Source: Eledone cirrhosa
Taxonomy: Eukaryota
DNA length: 64,000 nucleotides
NCBI GenBank assembly: GCA_964016885.1
Contig: OZ024747.1
Span: forward strand, 2,480,001-2,544,000
Reading direction: 5' to 3'
Positions 1 to 14,159 of this stretch are shown one piece after another; positions within the stretch are counted from its first letter, which is position 1; every line of letters starts with the position of its first letter. The position numbers were made by a program, and so were the translations under genes. The notes under the pieces were generated by a model. It was not told the origin of the DNA, ran no database searches, and worked only from the letters and a program-made list of their open reading frames with translations.

Positions 1-689
1 GAGAGCGGATCACATCAGATCTGTCCATGTGATCAAACCTACTTCTAACCCCAATATATTTTCTTTTGCCATCTTTCCCATGAGATTCTCCCTTAACATC
101 TAATATGTTCACTAACAATCACACATTATCATCCTCCTCCATTTTAACATCTGCTGTCCCTGCTAGCAAGGATTAGGTGGTTCTACATAGATCAAGTTTG
201 TAGTTACTGATCTCCCAGACAAGCCACGGATCTGTTGTCTTGCTTATGTTAATATGCCTCACTTGCTCTTTCCTAACATAAAACATTCATATTGCTATCC
301 CCTCACCTTGATCATGCTGTTTTCTAATCATTCTGCTATGTAATCATACCAATCAACATATAGCTACAATTGTCTACTGCCCTCATGTCTTATCACTTTG
401 TTTCTCCCTTTACAATCACACACATATCATAGAGACTACATGAAGTGGAGAGGACATTTTAAACCTGCATCAGAGAGATACGACCACTCCTCGAGTACTG
501 ATGCCATAATAAAATGCACTTAGTACACCCTGTAACGTTGATGGTATGTGAATGGCAATGACATAAAGTATAGAAGTTTCCTAAGTTTTATCGAGGACAT
601 AACAATCTCTGTAGTGAAAATGTTATGACAAAATACACCTAGTAATAAAGTAATTCAAGTTTGAAAGGACATCCAACCATAGAAACCAA

Positions 690-1300
690 GCCAAAACAGA
701 GAAGGTGTGAAAAATAATTGGAAGTCCCACACATCTAAATGGGCACCAACTTTCAATAAGAAGTAGAAGTAGTTGATATTTTCTGTTACCTGGGTGACCA
801 ACCAAATTAGCAGTGGAGGAGGATATTCTGAAAGTACATTAGTCAGAGTATGAAGGGGATGGAGAAAGTTCAGGGAGCTACTACCGCTGCTAACTACAAA
901 ACACTTTTCTCTCAGAAGGGGAAGATTTTATGATGCTGTGTGCAGAGGGCCTGCGAAGATTGGAAAGAAATGAAGCTTGCATGCTTTGATGGATGTGTAA
1001 TAGTAATATATATATGTGAACGGCAAACCATGAGGGAAACTAGGCATAAGAGGGATCAGATGCAGTGTGCTAGAGAGGAGACTGCATTGGTATGGACACA
1101 TGATACATATGGAGGATGAGAGTTGTATAAAAAAGTGCAAGCCACTTAAAGTTGATGTAAGCTATGGACTACTAGGAAAACATGGGATGAGATGATAAAA
1201 GCTGACCTGGTACCATTGCACCTCTTGAAAGTGATGACACAAGATTGAGATCTTTGGTATTATGCAGTAATACAGAAGACATGCCTTCCCTTGAGCACGG
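690..1300 (+). mobile_element. Decayed RTE-clade LINE, 3' part of ORF
   Basis: Translates with stops/frameshifts to VDIFCYLGD..SSGGG.SES...GWRKFRELLPLL and KLGIRGIRCSVLERRLHWYGH, typical of the RTE post-RT region. Confidence 0.8.
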
Positions 1301-1569
1301 GTTGAAGCATGCATCTAGAATACACCACTATCCCCTATCCTCCTTCCTCTACCAAACACCTCCCACACATTAACACTCCACCCACGTCATTGCACCCCTC
1401 CCTTCACCTAGATCTTCACACCCCCTGTCCCAGCTCCCAGTCCACATTGTAATGAGGTCATGTTGATGAAAAAGTGGTTGGCATTAGGAAGGGCATCCAG
1501 CCATAGACAACAAATGAAAAAGAGTTTTGTATGACAAAAACACGGTCACCTGACCTGGCGTATCTCATA

Positions 1570-1707
1570 CACCACCACCACCACCACCACCACCACCACC
1601 ACCACCACCACCACCACCACCACCACCACCACCACTACCACCCCACCACCACCAGCACCACCGTAACCACCACCACCACCACTACCAGCACCACCACCAG
1701 CAGGAGC

Positions 1708-1738
<31 letters not shown>

Positions 1739-1750
1739 GCACCTCCACCA
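1570..1750. repeat. (CAC)n microsatellite, degenerating 3'
   Basis: Directly visible. Confidence 0.98.
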
Positions 1751-4463
1751 CCAACACCCTCACCACTATACCCCACACCTCCACTATGGTCTATAGTCCA
1801 ACACCCTCACCACTATACCACACACCTCCACTATGGTCTACAGTCCAACACCCTCACCACTATACCACACACCTCCACTATGGTCTATAGTCCAACACCC
1901 TCACCACTATACCACACACCTCCACTATGGTCTATAGTCCAACACCCTCACCACTATATCACACACCTCCACTATAGTCTATAGTCCAACACCCTCACCA
2001 CTATACCACACACCTCCACTATGGTCTATAGTCCAACACCCTCACCACTATACCACACACCTCCACTATAGTCTATAGTCCAACACCCTCACCACTATAC
2101 CACACACCTCCACTATGGTCTATAGTCCAACACCCTCACCACTATACCACACACCTCCACTATGGTCTATAGTCCAACACCCTCACCACTATACCACACA
2201 CCTCCACTATGGTCTATAGTCCAACACCCTCACCACTATACCACACACTTCCACTATGGTCTATAGTCCAACACCCTCACCACTATACCACACACCTCCA
2301 CTATGGTCTATAGTCCAACACCCTCACCACTATACCACACACCTCCACTATAGTCTATAGTCCAACACCCTCACCACTATACCACACACCTCCACTATGG
2401 TCTATAGTCCAACACCCTCACCACTATACCACACACCTCCACTATAGTCTATAGTCCAACACCCTCACCACTATACCACACACCTCCACTATGGTCTATA
2501 GTCCAACACCCTCACCACTATACCACACACCTCCACTATAGTCTATAGTCCAACACCCTCACCACTATACCACACACCTCCACTATGGTCTATAGTCCAA
2601 CACCCTCACCACTATACCACACACCTCCACTATAGTCTATAGTCCAACACCCTCACCACTATACCACACACCTCCACTATGGTCTACAGTCCAACACCCT
2701 CACCACTATACCACACACCTCCACTATAGTCTATAGTCCAACACCCTCACCACTATACCACACACCTCCACTATGGTCTATAGTCCAACACCCTTACCAC
2801 TATACCACACACCTCCACTATGGTCTACAGTCCAACACCCTCACCACTATACCACACACCTCCACTATAGTCTATAGTCCAACACCCTCACCACTATACC
2901 ACACACCTCCACTATGGTCTATAGTCCAACACCCTCACCACTATACCACACACCTCCACTATGGTCTATAGTCCAACACCCTCACCACTATACCACACAC
3001 CTCCACTATGGTCTATAGTCCAACACCCTCACCACTATACCCCACACCTCCACTATAGTCTATAGTCCAACACCCTTACCACTATACCACACACCTCCAC
3101 TATAGTCTATAGTCCAACACCCTCACCACTATACCACACACCTCCACTATAGTCTATAGTCCAACACCCTTACCACTACACCCCACACCTCCACTATTGT
3201 CTATAGTCCAACACCCTCACCACTATACCACACACCTCCACTATGGTCTATAGTCCAACACTCTCACCACTATACCACACACCTCCACTATGGTCTATAG
3301 TCCAACACCCTCACCACTATACCACACACCTCCACTATGGTCTATAGTCCAACACTCTCACCACTATACCACACACCTCCACTATGGTCTATAGTCCAAC
3401 ACTCTTACCACTATACCACACACCTCCACTATGGTCTACAGTCCAACACCCTCACCACTATACCACACACCTCCACTATGGTCTATAGTCCAACACTCTT
3501 ACCACTATACCACACACCTCCACTATGGTCTATAGTCCAACACCCTCACCACTATACCACACACCTCCACTATAGTCTATAGTCCAACACCCTCACCACT
3601 ATACCACACACCTCCACTATGGTCTACAGTCCAACACCCTCACCACTATACCACACACCTCCACTATAGTCTATAGTCCAACACCCTCACCACTATACCA
3701 CACACCTCCACTATGGTCTATAGTCCAACACCCTCACCACTATACCCCACACCTCCACTATAGTCTATAGTCCAACACCCTCACCACTATACCACACACC
3801 TCCACTATGGTCTATAGTCCAACACCCTCACCACTATACCACACACCTCCACTATGGTCTATAGTCCAACACTCTTACCACTATACCACACACCTCCACT
3901 ATGGTCTATAGTCCAACACCCTCAGCACTATACCACACACCTCCACTATGGTCTATAGTCCAACACCCTTACCACTATACCACACACCTCCACTATGGTC
4001 TATAGTCCAACACCCTTACCACTATACCACACACCTCCACTATGGTCTATAGTCCAACACCCTCACCACTATACCACACACCTCCACTATGGTCTATAGT
4101 CCAACACCCTTACCACTATACCACACACCTCCACTATGGTCTATAGTCCAACACCCTTACCACTATACCACACACCTCCACTATGGTCTATAGTCCAACA
4201 CCCTCACCACTATACCACACACCTCCACTATGGTCTATAGTCCAACACCCTTACCACTATACCACACATCTCCACTATGGTCTATAGTCCAACACCCTTA
4301 CCACTATACCACACACCTCCACTATGGTCTATAGTCCAACACCCTTACCACTATACCACACACCTCCACTATGGTCTATAGTCCAACACCTTCACCACTA
4401 TACCACACACGTTCACTATGGTCTATAGTCCAACACCCTCACCACTATGCCACACACCTCCAC
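1751..4463. repeat. 47-bp minisatellite, about 57 copies
   Basis: Unit ccaacaccctcaccactataccacacacctccactat(g/a)gtctatagt, period 47 (1751 to 1798). Confidence 0.98.
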
Positions 4464-5059
4464 ATATAGTGTACTTATTTAAAGCTTGATAAACACAGTG
4501 TATAGATAAACCTACTAACACATATGAAATAAAGAAGAGATAGGCACTATAGAATTATTATTTCTAGCTTAGATAGAGATTAAATCAGTCTCTTTTTTCC
4601 CCATCCTCTCTTTCTCCCTGCTCTTATAGATAATTTGAAAAGACATTGCAGAAATGTTGCTTATTCTAATACCTCAGCTTCTCAAAGTCTCTAACAACTA
4701 GACTTTTTTAAAATAGAAAATAAATAAAAATATGTTACTTCAATTAAACTGATTCATGTAACCATATCTTTGATTTTTGCATCAAAAGCTACTTTCTAAA
4801 TGTCGTTTACCTCTAATTATAAGAGGAGACTTTTTACCCCATAATTAGTGGACTTTTTATCAGCACTAAATTAGAGATTTGTTATAAATCTATAACATAA
4901 TTATAGGTGAATAAGTTGGTGGAACTCTGATTCAGACCTTCGTTAGGTTTACTTGTACACACTATAAGAATCCAAGGTAGAGTTTCCATTTTTCTTCTAC
5001 TATGGGAACCATAAACAGTCTGTCATTGGCTATAACAGATATAGCATCGTTGATAAGAC

Positions 5060-5416
5060 TGCAGACCCCTCTCTCACTTTATCTCTCTATCTATTTATAC
5101 CTCTTTATATATTGCTCTCTTTCTCATACTCATTCTGTTCTCCACTCTCACTTTCTCTCATATCCACACACAACACAAACCAAGATACATAATACAGCTT
5201 GCATACATCAGCAGCAGTGACTGTACAACGGTTCTACAGCAGGATGCACATCTCAGTTAACATTACACAGAGAAAGATTTAAACAGCATCAGTGAGTTTA
5301 TTGTCTGTTATTTCTTTATTTTATTTTAGTCACTTAGATAGGACTTGTGAAAGAAGACAAAAAACACAAGAACTACACTACAAGTGGACATTTCTTACTT
5401 ATTAAAACTCGTAAGT
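5060..5416 (+). promoter_or_regulatory. Candidate promoter and non-coding first exon of the protocadherin
   Basis: CT-rich tract (5060-5160), then a unique-looking segment ending in a consensus intronic donor GTAAGT at 5411-5416. The acceptor at 33599 requires some upstream exon, but the link to this one is unproven. Confidence 0.3.
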
Positions 5417-5830
5417 ATCATTAGGTTTTTCTTCAACAATCTATTTATATCACTTTTTTCATAACAACATAAAACTATAAAATACTTTAATTTCTTCCGG
5501 AGGAATGTTTGTATGTTCTAATGTTTATAAATGTACCAGTAATATCCTTATGTATTAAAGACTTATTCCATTAATGTGTAGTAATTCTGAAGAATTATTT
5601 AAATAACGAAGATTTTTACCAGAGTTTTGTTGCATCTCCAAATTATAGTAATTATAGTTGTGACTACTGGAATTAACTTAGAATTCTTTTTCAACGAACT
5701 TTGAAGACTTTTACATATTTCTTACTTAGTTCCTCGTTTCTCTTTAGACCTTCTGTTCACTCTCTCACTACATATATATCTATACACATTATATATATAC
5801 ATTATATATATACACATTATATATATACAC

Positions 5831-5908
<78 letters not shown>

Positions 5909-5951
5909 CTACATATATATATATACACATTATATAAATATATATACACAG

Positions 5952-6000
<49 letters not shown>

Positions 6001-6178
6001 TTATTATGTATATGCATAGATACTTGCACACACATATATACATTTGTGTACACATTATACATCCACATATATGTGTGTGTATGTGAATATATGTACAGCT
6101 GTTTCTATGTATGTATATCTGTATGTATATTATGTATATACGTGTATATATATATATGTATATATGTATATATATGTA

Positions 6179-6254
<76 letters not shown>

Positions 6255-6303
6255 TATATATATACACACACATATATATATATATATATACACACACATA
6301 TAT

Positions 6304-6336
<33 letters not shown>

Positions 6337-6771
6337 CATGAACGCATATATTTGTATTTATACATAAGTGTATGTAAGTTTATACTTTCACAAATAAAGT
6401 AAACCCCAACATGAAATATGAAGTTGGATCAATATGATTAACTAAGCCCTTCCTGTGCCACAGCATGGCCACAGTTCTACAACTGAGACTAGTAAAAGAC
6501 TAACAAGATATAATGTATTTATCTAAACACACAGCCCCATACAAACACTTCTGAATACGCTCATACACATATACACATGTACATATAGCAACAGCTCATG
6601 TATGCTCATCACTATATAGAGGAAAAATCAATGTAAATCTTTATAAATAAACTAATCTCACACTTCTTACAACAGAAGCAACAATGAGAACCTTTGAGCT
6701 TTATATATATATATATATATGTGTGTGTATGCTTGTATATATATATTCTCGTATATACATTTATTAAAATA

Positions 6772-6892
6772 ACAGATTAAACTTTAATGTTATTTTAAAA
6801 AATATTTGCTCTAGGGTTCTTATATATTTGATATATATTTATCCTTATCAAGCCGTCTTTGGATTTTAGTCTTCAAATTTATTATTATTACT
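6772..6892. repeat. About 110-bp dispersed element, second copy at 8800-8911
   Basis: Shared taaaataacagattaaa...tttgctcta.ggttcttatatatttgatatatatttatccttatc...gattttagtcttcaaatttattattattacta, both next to TA-rich tracts. Confidence 0.85.
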
Positions 6893-6909
6893 ATTATTAT
6901 TATTATTAT

Positions 6910-7550
6910 TGTTCTTTGAGTCTCAGTCATTGATGTTATTTAACTGGAAAGTTTGTTGAAATGAATATCAAGCCGCTACCTGCAGCCTCAGATATTCAGG
7001 ACGTATCGGAGGGTTCTTGCTGTTCCCAGCAAGCATGACTTTTGAAGTGTTCCAAAAAGCGGGGCTGGACTAACTTTCTTTAATTATCCTTGGAAACTCT
7101 TTGAGATAGTACCTAGTGTGCCTATGACAATCGGGACGACTCTGATTTCATGGCAGTTCCAAATCCTTTTTACCTCCCACTTTAAGTCCTGGTATCGCTT
7201 AATTTTCTCCCCCTCCTTCTCTTGCACTCTTGTGTCAAATGAGCAGGCCACATCTACTCAGGCACGATCTTTTCTCCTTGTCCAAAACCACCAGGTCAGG
7301 TCTATTGTGTTCCAGTTTCTTGTCCGTCTGTATCCTAAAATCCCATAGCACCTTCACCTGATCGTTTTCTATCACCGACTCTGGCTTATGCTCTTACCAC
7401 TTCTCAGAATGTGGTAAATTGTTTACTTTGCATAGGGTCCAGTGGATCACCCTGCCCATCACACCATGTCTCCAGCCTTTATAGTGAGTCTGGGCTAGGT
7501 GTTTACACTCGGTTACAATGTCAGCCACAGTCTCCTCGCTCTCTCCACAG
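6910..7550 (-). mobile_element. 5'-truncated R4/Dong-like LINE (zinc knuckle remnant + RLE endonuclease) in (TAA)n
   Basis: Minus strand reads CGESEETVADIVTECK, GRVIHWTLCK, WDFRIQTDKKLEHNRPDLVVLDKE, VVPIVIGTLG and TLQKSCLLGTARTLRYVLNI*. Flanked on both sides by (ATT)n. Confidence 0.88.
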
Positions 7551-7596
7551 ATTATTATTATTATTATTATAATTATTATTATTATTATTATTATTA

Positions 7597-7670
7597 TTGT
7601 CCTGTACTGTCCTTAATGTCTACTTTATGTAAACCCTTGTGGTTAATAAAGAAAGTATTATTATTATTAT
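7597..7670 (+). mobile_element. Extreme 3' end of the Tx1-like LINE family seen at 54909-57350
   Basis: tgtcctgtactgtccttaatgtctacttt...acccttgtggttaataaagaaag + (ATT)n matches the reverse complement of about 54909-54968. Confidence 0.85.
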
Positions 7671-7744
7671 ATATATACATATATATATATATGTATGCTT
7701 GTATATATATATGTATGTATGTGTATATATATATATATATATAT

Positions 7745-7880
7745 GTGTTTATCCAGGGTTTAATAGAGGGTAACTACAGTAAGTAAGGTACTCAATACAT
7801 TGCAGAGTATAAATATTTAATAAAGAAATGGATTCTACAGGACTAGAACTGTTTCATTTGGGAGAAATCATGAGGAAAGC
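7745..7880 (-). mobile_element. Penelope-like terminal fragment with degenerate hammerhead, same family as 32663-32849
   Basis: Shares gattctacaggactagaactgt and gtaagtaaggtactcaatacat with the 32.7 kb copy. Minus strand reads CTCATGA-TTTC..AAAT-GAAAC. Confidence 0.65.
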
Positions 7881-8136
7881 CGTTGGGTTTTGAAAGAATT
7901 TAACTATGTACTTCACATCCCAGATCATTGACAACTCCCTGAGAAAAGCAACAATTTAGGATTTTTGCTTTGATATTTCTGCTTTTTTGTTTTGACTGCA
8001 TGCCCATATATGGACTGTACGCTTTGATAAGTTCAGCCATTTTAATACTGGTGGTTTAGTTCAGATCTTGCTGTCGAAAAGGCCAGAGCTCAGCTGTCGG
8101 GGTCTTTACGCTTTTCCTATATATATATATATAGAG

Positions 8137-8315
8137 AGAATTGAGATGGAGGGTCTGTGGTTTTTCTCACATCTGATGTGAGAAAAACCACAGACCCTCC
8201 ATCTCAATTCTACTTTTGAAAAGCAGAAGAACTGCGAAACCGGTAAAGGAACCAAATAAATATATATTTTAAAAAAAAAGACTCCAGTTGCATTTTCGAT
8301 TTCATCTTTTTTCCT
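8137..8315 (+). mobile_element. Fold-back Penelope-like fragment in (TA)n with variant hammerhead motif
   Basis: Perfect 37-bp arms 8137-8173 / 8175-8211, then CTT-TTGAAAA-GCAG-AAGAA-CTGC-GAAAC-CG-GTA-AAG, AATAAA at 8255 and a T-rich end. Confidence 0.65.
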
Positions 8316-8358
8316 TATATATATATATATATATATATACACATGCATGTATGTATAT

Positions 8359-8396
<38 letters not shown>

Positions 8397-8410
8397 GCAT
8401 GTATGTATAT

Positions 8411-8457
<47 letters not shown>

Positions 8458-8492
8458 CATACATATATATATATGTATACATATATATATAC

Positions 8493-8545
<53 letters not shown>

Positions 8546-8725
8546 CATACATACATATATATATATATATATACATATGTATGTGAGTGTAGATATATAT
8601 ATAAACAATTAATAAGAAATTTAGATGGATTGAAAAGAATTGTCATAAAAGCCAGCCACACTCCAAGAGCTGATGCCATGATGATATACGTGGTCACACA
8701 CACACATCTATATATGTTATATATT

Positions 8726-8805
<80 letters not shown>

Positions 8806-8906
8806 TAACAGATTAAAGTTTATTTGCTCTACGGTTCTTATATATTTGATATATATTTATCCTTATCGAGCTCTCTTTTGATTTTAGTCTTCAAATTTAT
8901 TATTAT

Positions 8907-8951
<45 letters not shown>

Positions 8952-8952
<1 letters not shown>

Positions 8953-9139
8953 TTATCTAAAGACATTTTTCCCAATTCCCACCAGCCCGTCCCCTTAATC
9001 TATCTTATTTCTCATTCTTTCTTCTGATGAGGGACTAGCATCTGAAACGTTAAGACCCTCTTCCTGCTATATCAAGCGTTAACCTAATATACCCCTTCCA
9101 TATACTGTACTGATTGTGTTGTTATTTCTGTTTACCTTT

Positions 9140-9143
<4 letters not shown>
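8952..9143 (+). mobile_element. Penelope-like terminal repeat with hammerhead, inverted copy at 9567-9758
   Basis: About 190-bp inverted pair, each 3' end abutting a TA-rich tract. Confidence 0.75.
9020..9055 (+). ncRNA. Minimal type I hammerhead ribozyme motif
   Basis: TCTT-CTGATGA-GGGACTAGCATCT-GAAAC-GTT^AAGA. Stem I TCTT/AAGA, palindromic ACGT stem III. Confidence 0.7.
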
Positions 9144-9177
<34 letters not shown>

Positions 9178-9387
9178 ACATGGCCTAGTTTTTAAGGTAC
9201 TGCTACAGGTTTGATTCCTGGATTGTATGTGGCATTGTGTTCTTGAGCAAAACACTTGATTTCATGTTACACCAGTACATTCAACAATAGCGGGGCTTAG
9301 CAAGATTCTTGTGCCCTCAATCGTTTAACATTGATATGCACTGGTAATGATGAGCCTCCAGGCAAGGGACAAACTATATGTGTATAT

Positions 9388-9490
<103 letters not shown>

Positions 9491-9654
9491 GGTATATGTG
9501 TATATGTGTATATATATGTATATATATATATATATAGGTATGTGTGTATATATATATATATATATATGTAAAAGGTAAACAGAAATAACAACACAATCGG
9601 TACAGTATATGGAAGGTATATATTAGGTTAACACTTGATATAGCAGGAAGAGGG

Positions 9655-9690
9655 TGTTAACGTTTCGGACGCTAGTCCTTCATCAGAAGA
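9655..9690 (-). ncRNA. Minimal type I hammerhead ribozyme motif
   Basis: Reverse complement TCTT-CTGATGA-A-GGAC-TAGC-GTCC-GAAAC-GTT-AACA, with perfect stem II GGAC/GTCC. Confidence 0.72.
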
Positions 9691-10359
9691 AAGAATGAGA
9701 AATAAAATAGATTGAGAGGACGGGCGGGTTAGAATTGGAAAAAATGTCTTTAGATAAAAATAACAGGTCCATTCATATTGACATCTCTTGCAAAATATAT
9801 ATATAATGTATTTATATATATTATAAAGAGTCAGGATTTGATGGGTGAGCTGGTGCCATTTCAACACCTAGTTCCAGAGAGTCTGGAAGTAGGTGTTGCA
9901 ACAGCAAGAGCTCATTCCCGTCCCTTTATAATATAACCATACTCTACTACTCCAAATATTGAGTACTTTGTTGAGTAATGGTCTAACTAGATTCAAACTG
10001 AATCCATGCTAATTCATATATATATATATATATATGTATATATATCAAGAGAGAGATAGATAGATAGATAGATAAATAGAGAGGGAGAGAGAGAGAGAGA
10101 GAGAGAGAGTGAGAGAGAGAGAGAGATAGTTTGATAGATAGTTGCTGCTGATAGTATATATAGATATAGATATATGATAAACATTATCAATGGCACCTAT
10201 GTACTTCAACTTTTCCTGATGTTCCTGGTTTTAATAAGCCGCTACTATCAGTAAGATCTCAAAATATAGAGTCAGCAGTAATATTAGTTATTATAGTAAC
10301 TCTCCACTCTAAATATCACTCCTTCAATACATGTTAAGTGTGTTTATTATGCAATCATA

Positions 10360-10950
10360 TGAGTGTGTGTGTTTGTGTGTGTGTGAGTGTGTGTGACTAT
10401 GTGTGAGTGTGTGTGAGTATGTGTGTGTGTTTGTGTGTGTGTGAGTGGGTTTGTGTGTGTGTGTGAGTGTGTGTGAGTGTGTGTGTGTGTGAGTGTGAGT
10501 GTGTGTGTGTGTGTGCGTGTGTGAGTGTGTGTGTGTGAGTGTTTGTGTGTGTGTGAGTGTGTGTGTGAGTGTGTCTGTGTGTTTGTGTGAATGTGAGTGT
10601 GTGTGTATGTGAGTGTGTGTGTGTGTGTGTTTGTGTGTATGTGAGTGTGTGTGTGTATGTGAGTGTATGTGAGTGTGTGTGTGTGAGTGTGTGTGTGTGA
10701 GTGTGTGTGTGTCTTTGTGTGTGTGTGAGTGTGTGTGTGAGTGTGTGTGTGTGTGTGAGTGTGTGTGTGTGTGTGTGTGTGTTTGTGTGTATGTGAGTGT
10801 GTGTGTGTATGTGAGTGTATGTGAGTGTGTGTGTGTGAGTGTGTGTGTGAGTGTGTGTGTGTCTTTGTGTGTATGTGAGTGTGAGTGTGTGTGTGAGTGT
10901 GTGTGTGTGTGAGTGTGTGTGTGTGTGAGTGTGTGTGTGTGTGTGTGTGT
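10360..10950. repeat. Compound (GT)n/(GTGA) microsatellite
   Basis: Directly visible. Confidence 0.97.
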
Positions 10951-11367
10951 TCATGTGTGCTTGTGTACCTGATGCAGGAGTATGACATGTACATCACAAT
11001 ATCTTATTTCAAACGAGGAACACCTGTCGGCAAAGGAAGGGCTCCAGCCAGTGTCACACCCAGCCTCATCTACACACACAAGCTGCTTCATTCTTGAGGG
11101 GTCAGCCTGTAAACTGAATCACCCATTAAACCCTGGTTTGGCGAGAAGGGTAAGTGGAACCCTTGCCACACAAAGAAACAACATTTGTTAATAGGTGGAT
11201 AACTATTCAGAGTCAATGGCCATCCACCCCAACTATGGATTAAATAACCACACCAAACCACAATTGGACCTGAGTGGGAAGGCCCTGGATTAGATTGGAT
11301 TATATATAGAGTGCTCAACTGGCATACCGCCTATGGAAGCATCTTAGCTACCATCAGACACACACAC

Positions 11368-11401
<34 letters not shown>

Positions 11402-11563
11402 TGTTATACTTTGGGAGGGTCATGTTGCCAATAAGAAACACACCTCCCAAAGTATAACAATATCGGTTTCAACACACGATTTCAGATAAAGAATCTTGCT
11501 AAACAAATTCAGAAACGAAATATATATATATATATATACATATATATGTATATATATATATAT

Positions 11564-11651
<88 letters not shown>

Positions 11652-11844
11652 CGTACTGCCTCTCTGTTTTGTTCCTGTTCCATTTTTCACTATATATATA
11701 TATACATACACACCCCCACCACACACACATATATATATATCTTTATATATATATATAAATAAAGAAATCGCACAGGAGAAAATCTGCTGTTCATTTGAGG
11801 AATTCAACTTTTTAACTACATTGTATCACCATCATATATATATC

Positions 11845-12180
11845 ATCATCACCATCATCATCATCGTTTTAATGTCCACCTTGCCATGCCTGCATGGGTT
11901 TGACAGGTCCTTCTCAGCACAATATCTCTCCACTTGTCGCGTTCCTTCATCATCTCCTCTTTCAGTCTTAGCAATTTGAGTTCTGCTCTCACAACCTCTG
12001 CCCAGTTCTTTCTTGGTCGTCCTCTATTGCAGTTTCCTTCCACAGGGATTTCCTGGTATATCTTCCCCCATTGGTCATTGTCTATACACATCACATGTCC
12101 ACACCAGTGCAGTCTTCTCTCCAGCACACTTTCTCAGATTCCCCTTAAACCCAGCTGCTCTCTCAGCTCATCCAAGCTAT
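11845..12180 (-). mobile_element. RTE-clade LINE 3' end with (ATG)n tail
   Basis: ORF ERRLHWCGHV...VEGNCNRGRPRKNWAEVV...RDKWR. Same family as 690-1300 and 53428-53665. Confidence 0.88.
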
Positions 12181-12398
12181 TTATATTCATACACACATGC
12201 AACACTCACACACACACGTATAAATATACTCCTAGTTACACAGAAGCACATGTATATATAGCCATTGACATATATATATATAGCTGGATAATTAGATATG
12301 CAGATATATATAGCTATAGGTACATATATATATTGCTATATATATATATATACACAGCTGGATAGTTAGATAGATATGCAGATATATATAGCTATAGG

Positions 12399-12459
<61 letters not shown>

Positions 12460-12651
12460 CTGGATAGTTAGATAGATATGCAGATATACATCTATAACTA
12501 TATAAACTCTTAATATTTTTATATAACAAATAGTCATACATACACATCTGTTTATTTTGTGTTTGTTTAATGGATGCACATATATATGTATGTGGATGTG
12601 AATTTGTTTACGTGTGTGTTTCAATAAATGCTCACATGATAATATATATAG

Positions 12652-12850
12652 AAGTGGTAACACAACAGTTAGTTCACTATACTGAGAACAATTGTTTCAC
12701 CTTAGTGGATCTACAAGCTGAAGATCCACTAAGGTGAAACAATTGTTCTCAGTATAGTGAACTAACTGTTGTGTTACCACTTTTACCTAACTCGTCCCAT
12801 GGACTGAGTGCTCTACCACTACAGATATTACCTTCCAGTGTTCTACCTCT
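12652..12850 (+). mobile_element. Fold-back Penelope-like fragment with hammerhead (12715-12750)
   Basis: 61-bp arms 12652-12712 / 12722-12782, containing AAG-CTGAAGA-TCCACTAAGGT-GAAAC-AATT-GTT-CTC. Confidence 0.72.
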
Positions 12851-13016
12851 CTCTCTCTATATATATATATGTATGTATATGCTACAATATATTCTTTCTA
12901 TTGCAATGTGATTTTAAATGCAAATATGTGTAATATATATATATATACATATATTTATATACTTGTAAGCAGGGAAAAGCGGACGTAAAATGATGATGAT
13001 GATAGAGAGAGAGAGA

Positions 13017-13108
<92 letters not shown>

Positions 13109-13166
13109 GCGGATGTTAAAAGGACAATGATGATGATGATACAAGCACTTGGGTATGTATATGTGC

Positions 13167-13207
<41 letters not shown>

Positions 13208-13298
13208 AGTATTTATGTATGTGCTTATGTGTATACATATTTATATACATATATATATATTTATATATATAATATATATATATATATATGTATATATA

Positions 13299-13356
<58 letters not shown>

Positions 13357-14159
13357 CATATGCACATATACATACCCAAGTGCTTGTCTGTTTCTTGTCA
13401 CAAAGTTTACTCTGACCACATTTCATGTGTAATTCAAGCGAAATAGCAACTGTACACAACCTGTGAAATATGGGTTTAATTTCAGGACTCTTCAACTGGC
13501 ATATCAAATTTTGATTTATTGATACAGATGTTACTAGATTATAATCCAATAAGCCCATGTTACATTTGCTACAGAAATTTTATTTATTTCTAGCAATTTT
13601 TTTAATGTTTAGATTTATGATTTCATTAATTCTATTGTGGATAGGTGATGGTAGTGAGGGAATTGAAGAACACAACCTACCATTAAAAATATATGTTGTA
13701 TTATATTTTTATTTCTCTCCTTCTATAATTCTGTAGTTTAAACTCCAACCTATGTCAACTTTACATTTTATACTACATTATGCAGCTAAGACTCAACAAG
13801 ATCATTTCTATATAAACCAATATGGGAAGGAATCTCTAGTGTTAAATCTACCAGTTAGAAATAGTAGTCATCTCTTCCTCAAATTGCACCCTACTATCTT
13901 AAAAATTATTATTTTTTTTTAAATAGAAAAAAAAGAAAATAGCCATGGTAATTGTACCCTACCCTCTTAAAGATTGTTTTTAAAAGATGGAATAGTCATG
14001 TCTGGATTGTCTTTGATCCTAGACTTTGATCAGTATTGGCACTGAGCTAAATAAAAATATTTAGTCCAGTCCTGAACTGAGATTACTCTCGTTGTTCTGA
14101 CTATACTCCTTCTTTGATGTACTTTTGGCATTGTGTCAATATGAGAAATCAAGAGAATG

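Noticed and set aside
1531-1890. Poly-His/Thr ORF and the antisense Gly/Val ORF
   Set aside because: Translations of the (CAC)n tract and satellite; downstream units contain stops.
7885-8045. Possible decayed Penelope endonuclease C-terminus upstream of the family A end
   Set aside because: The resemblance needs several frameshifts and cannot be supported by eye.
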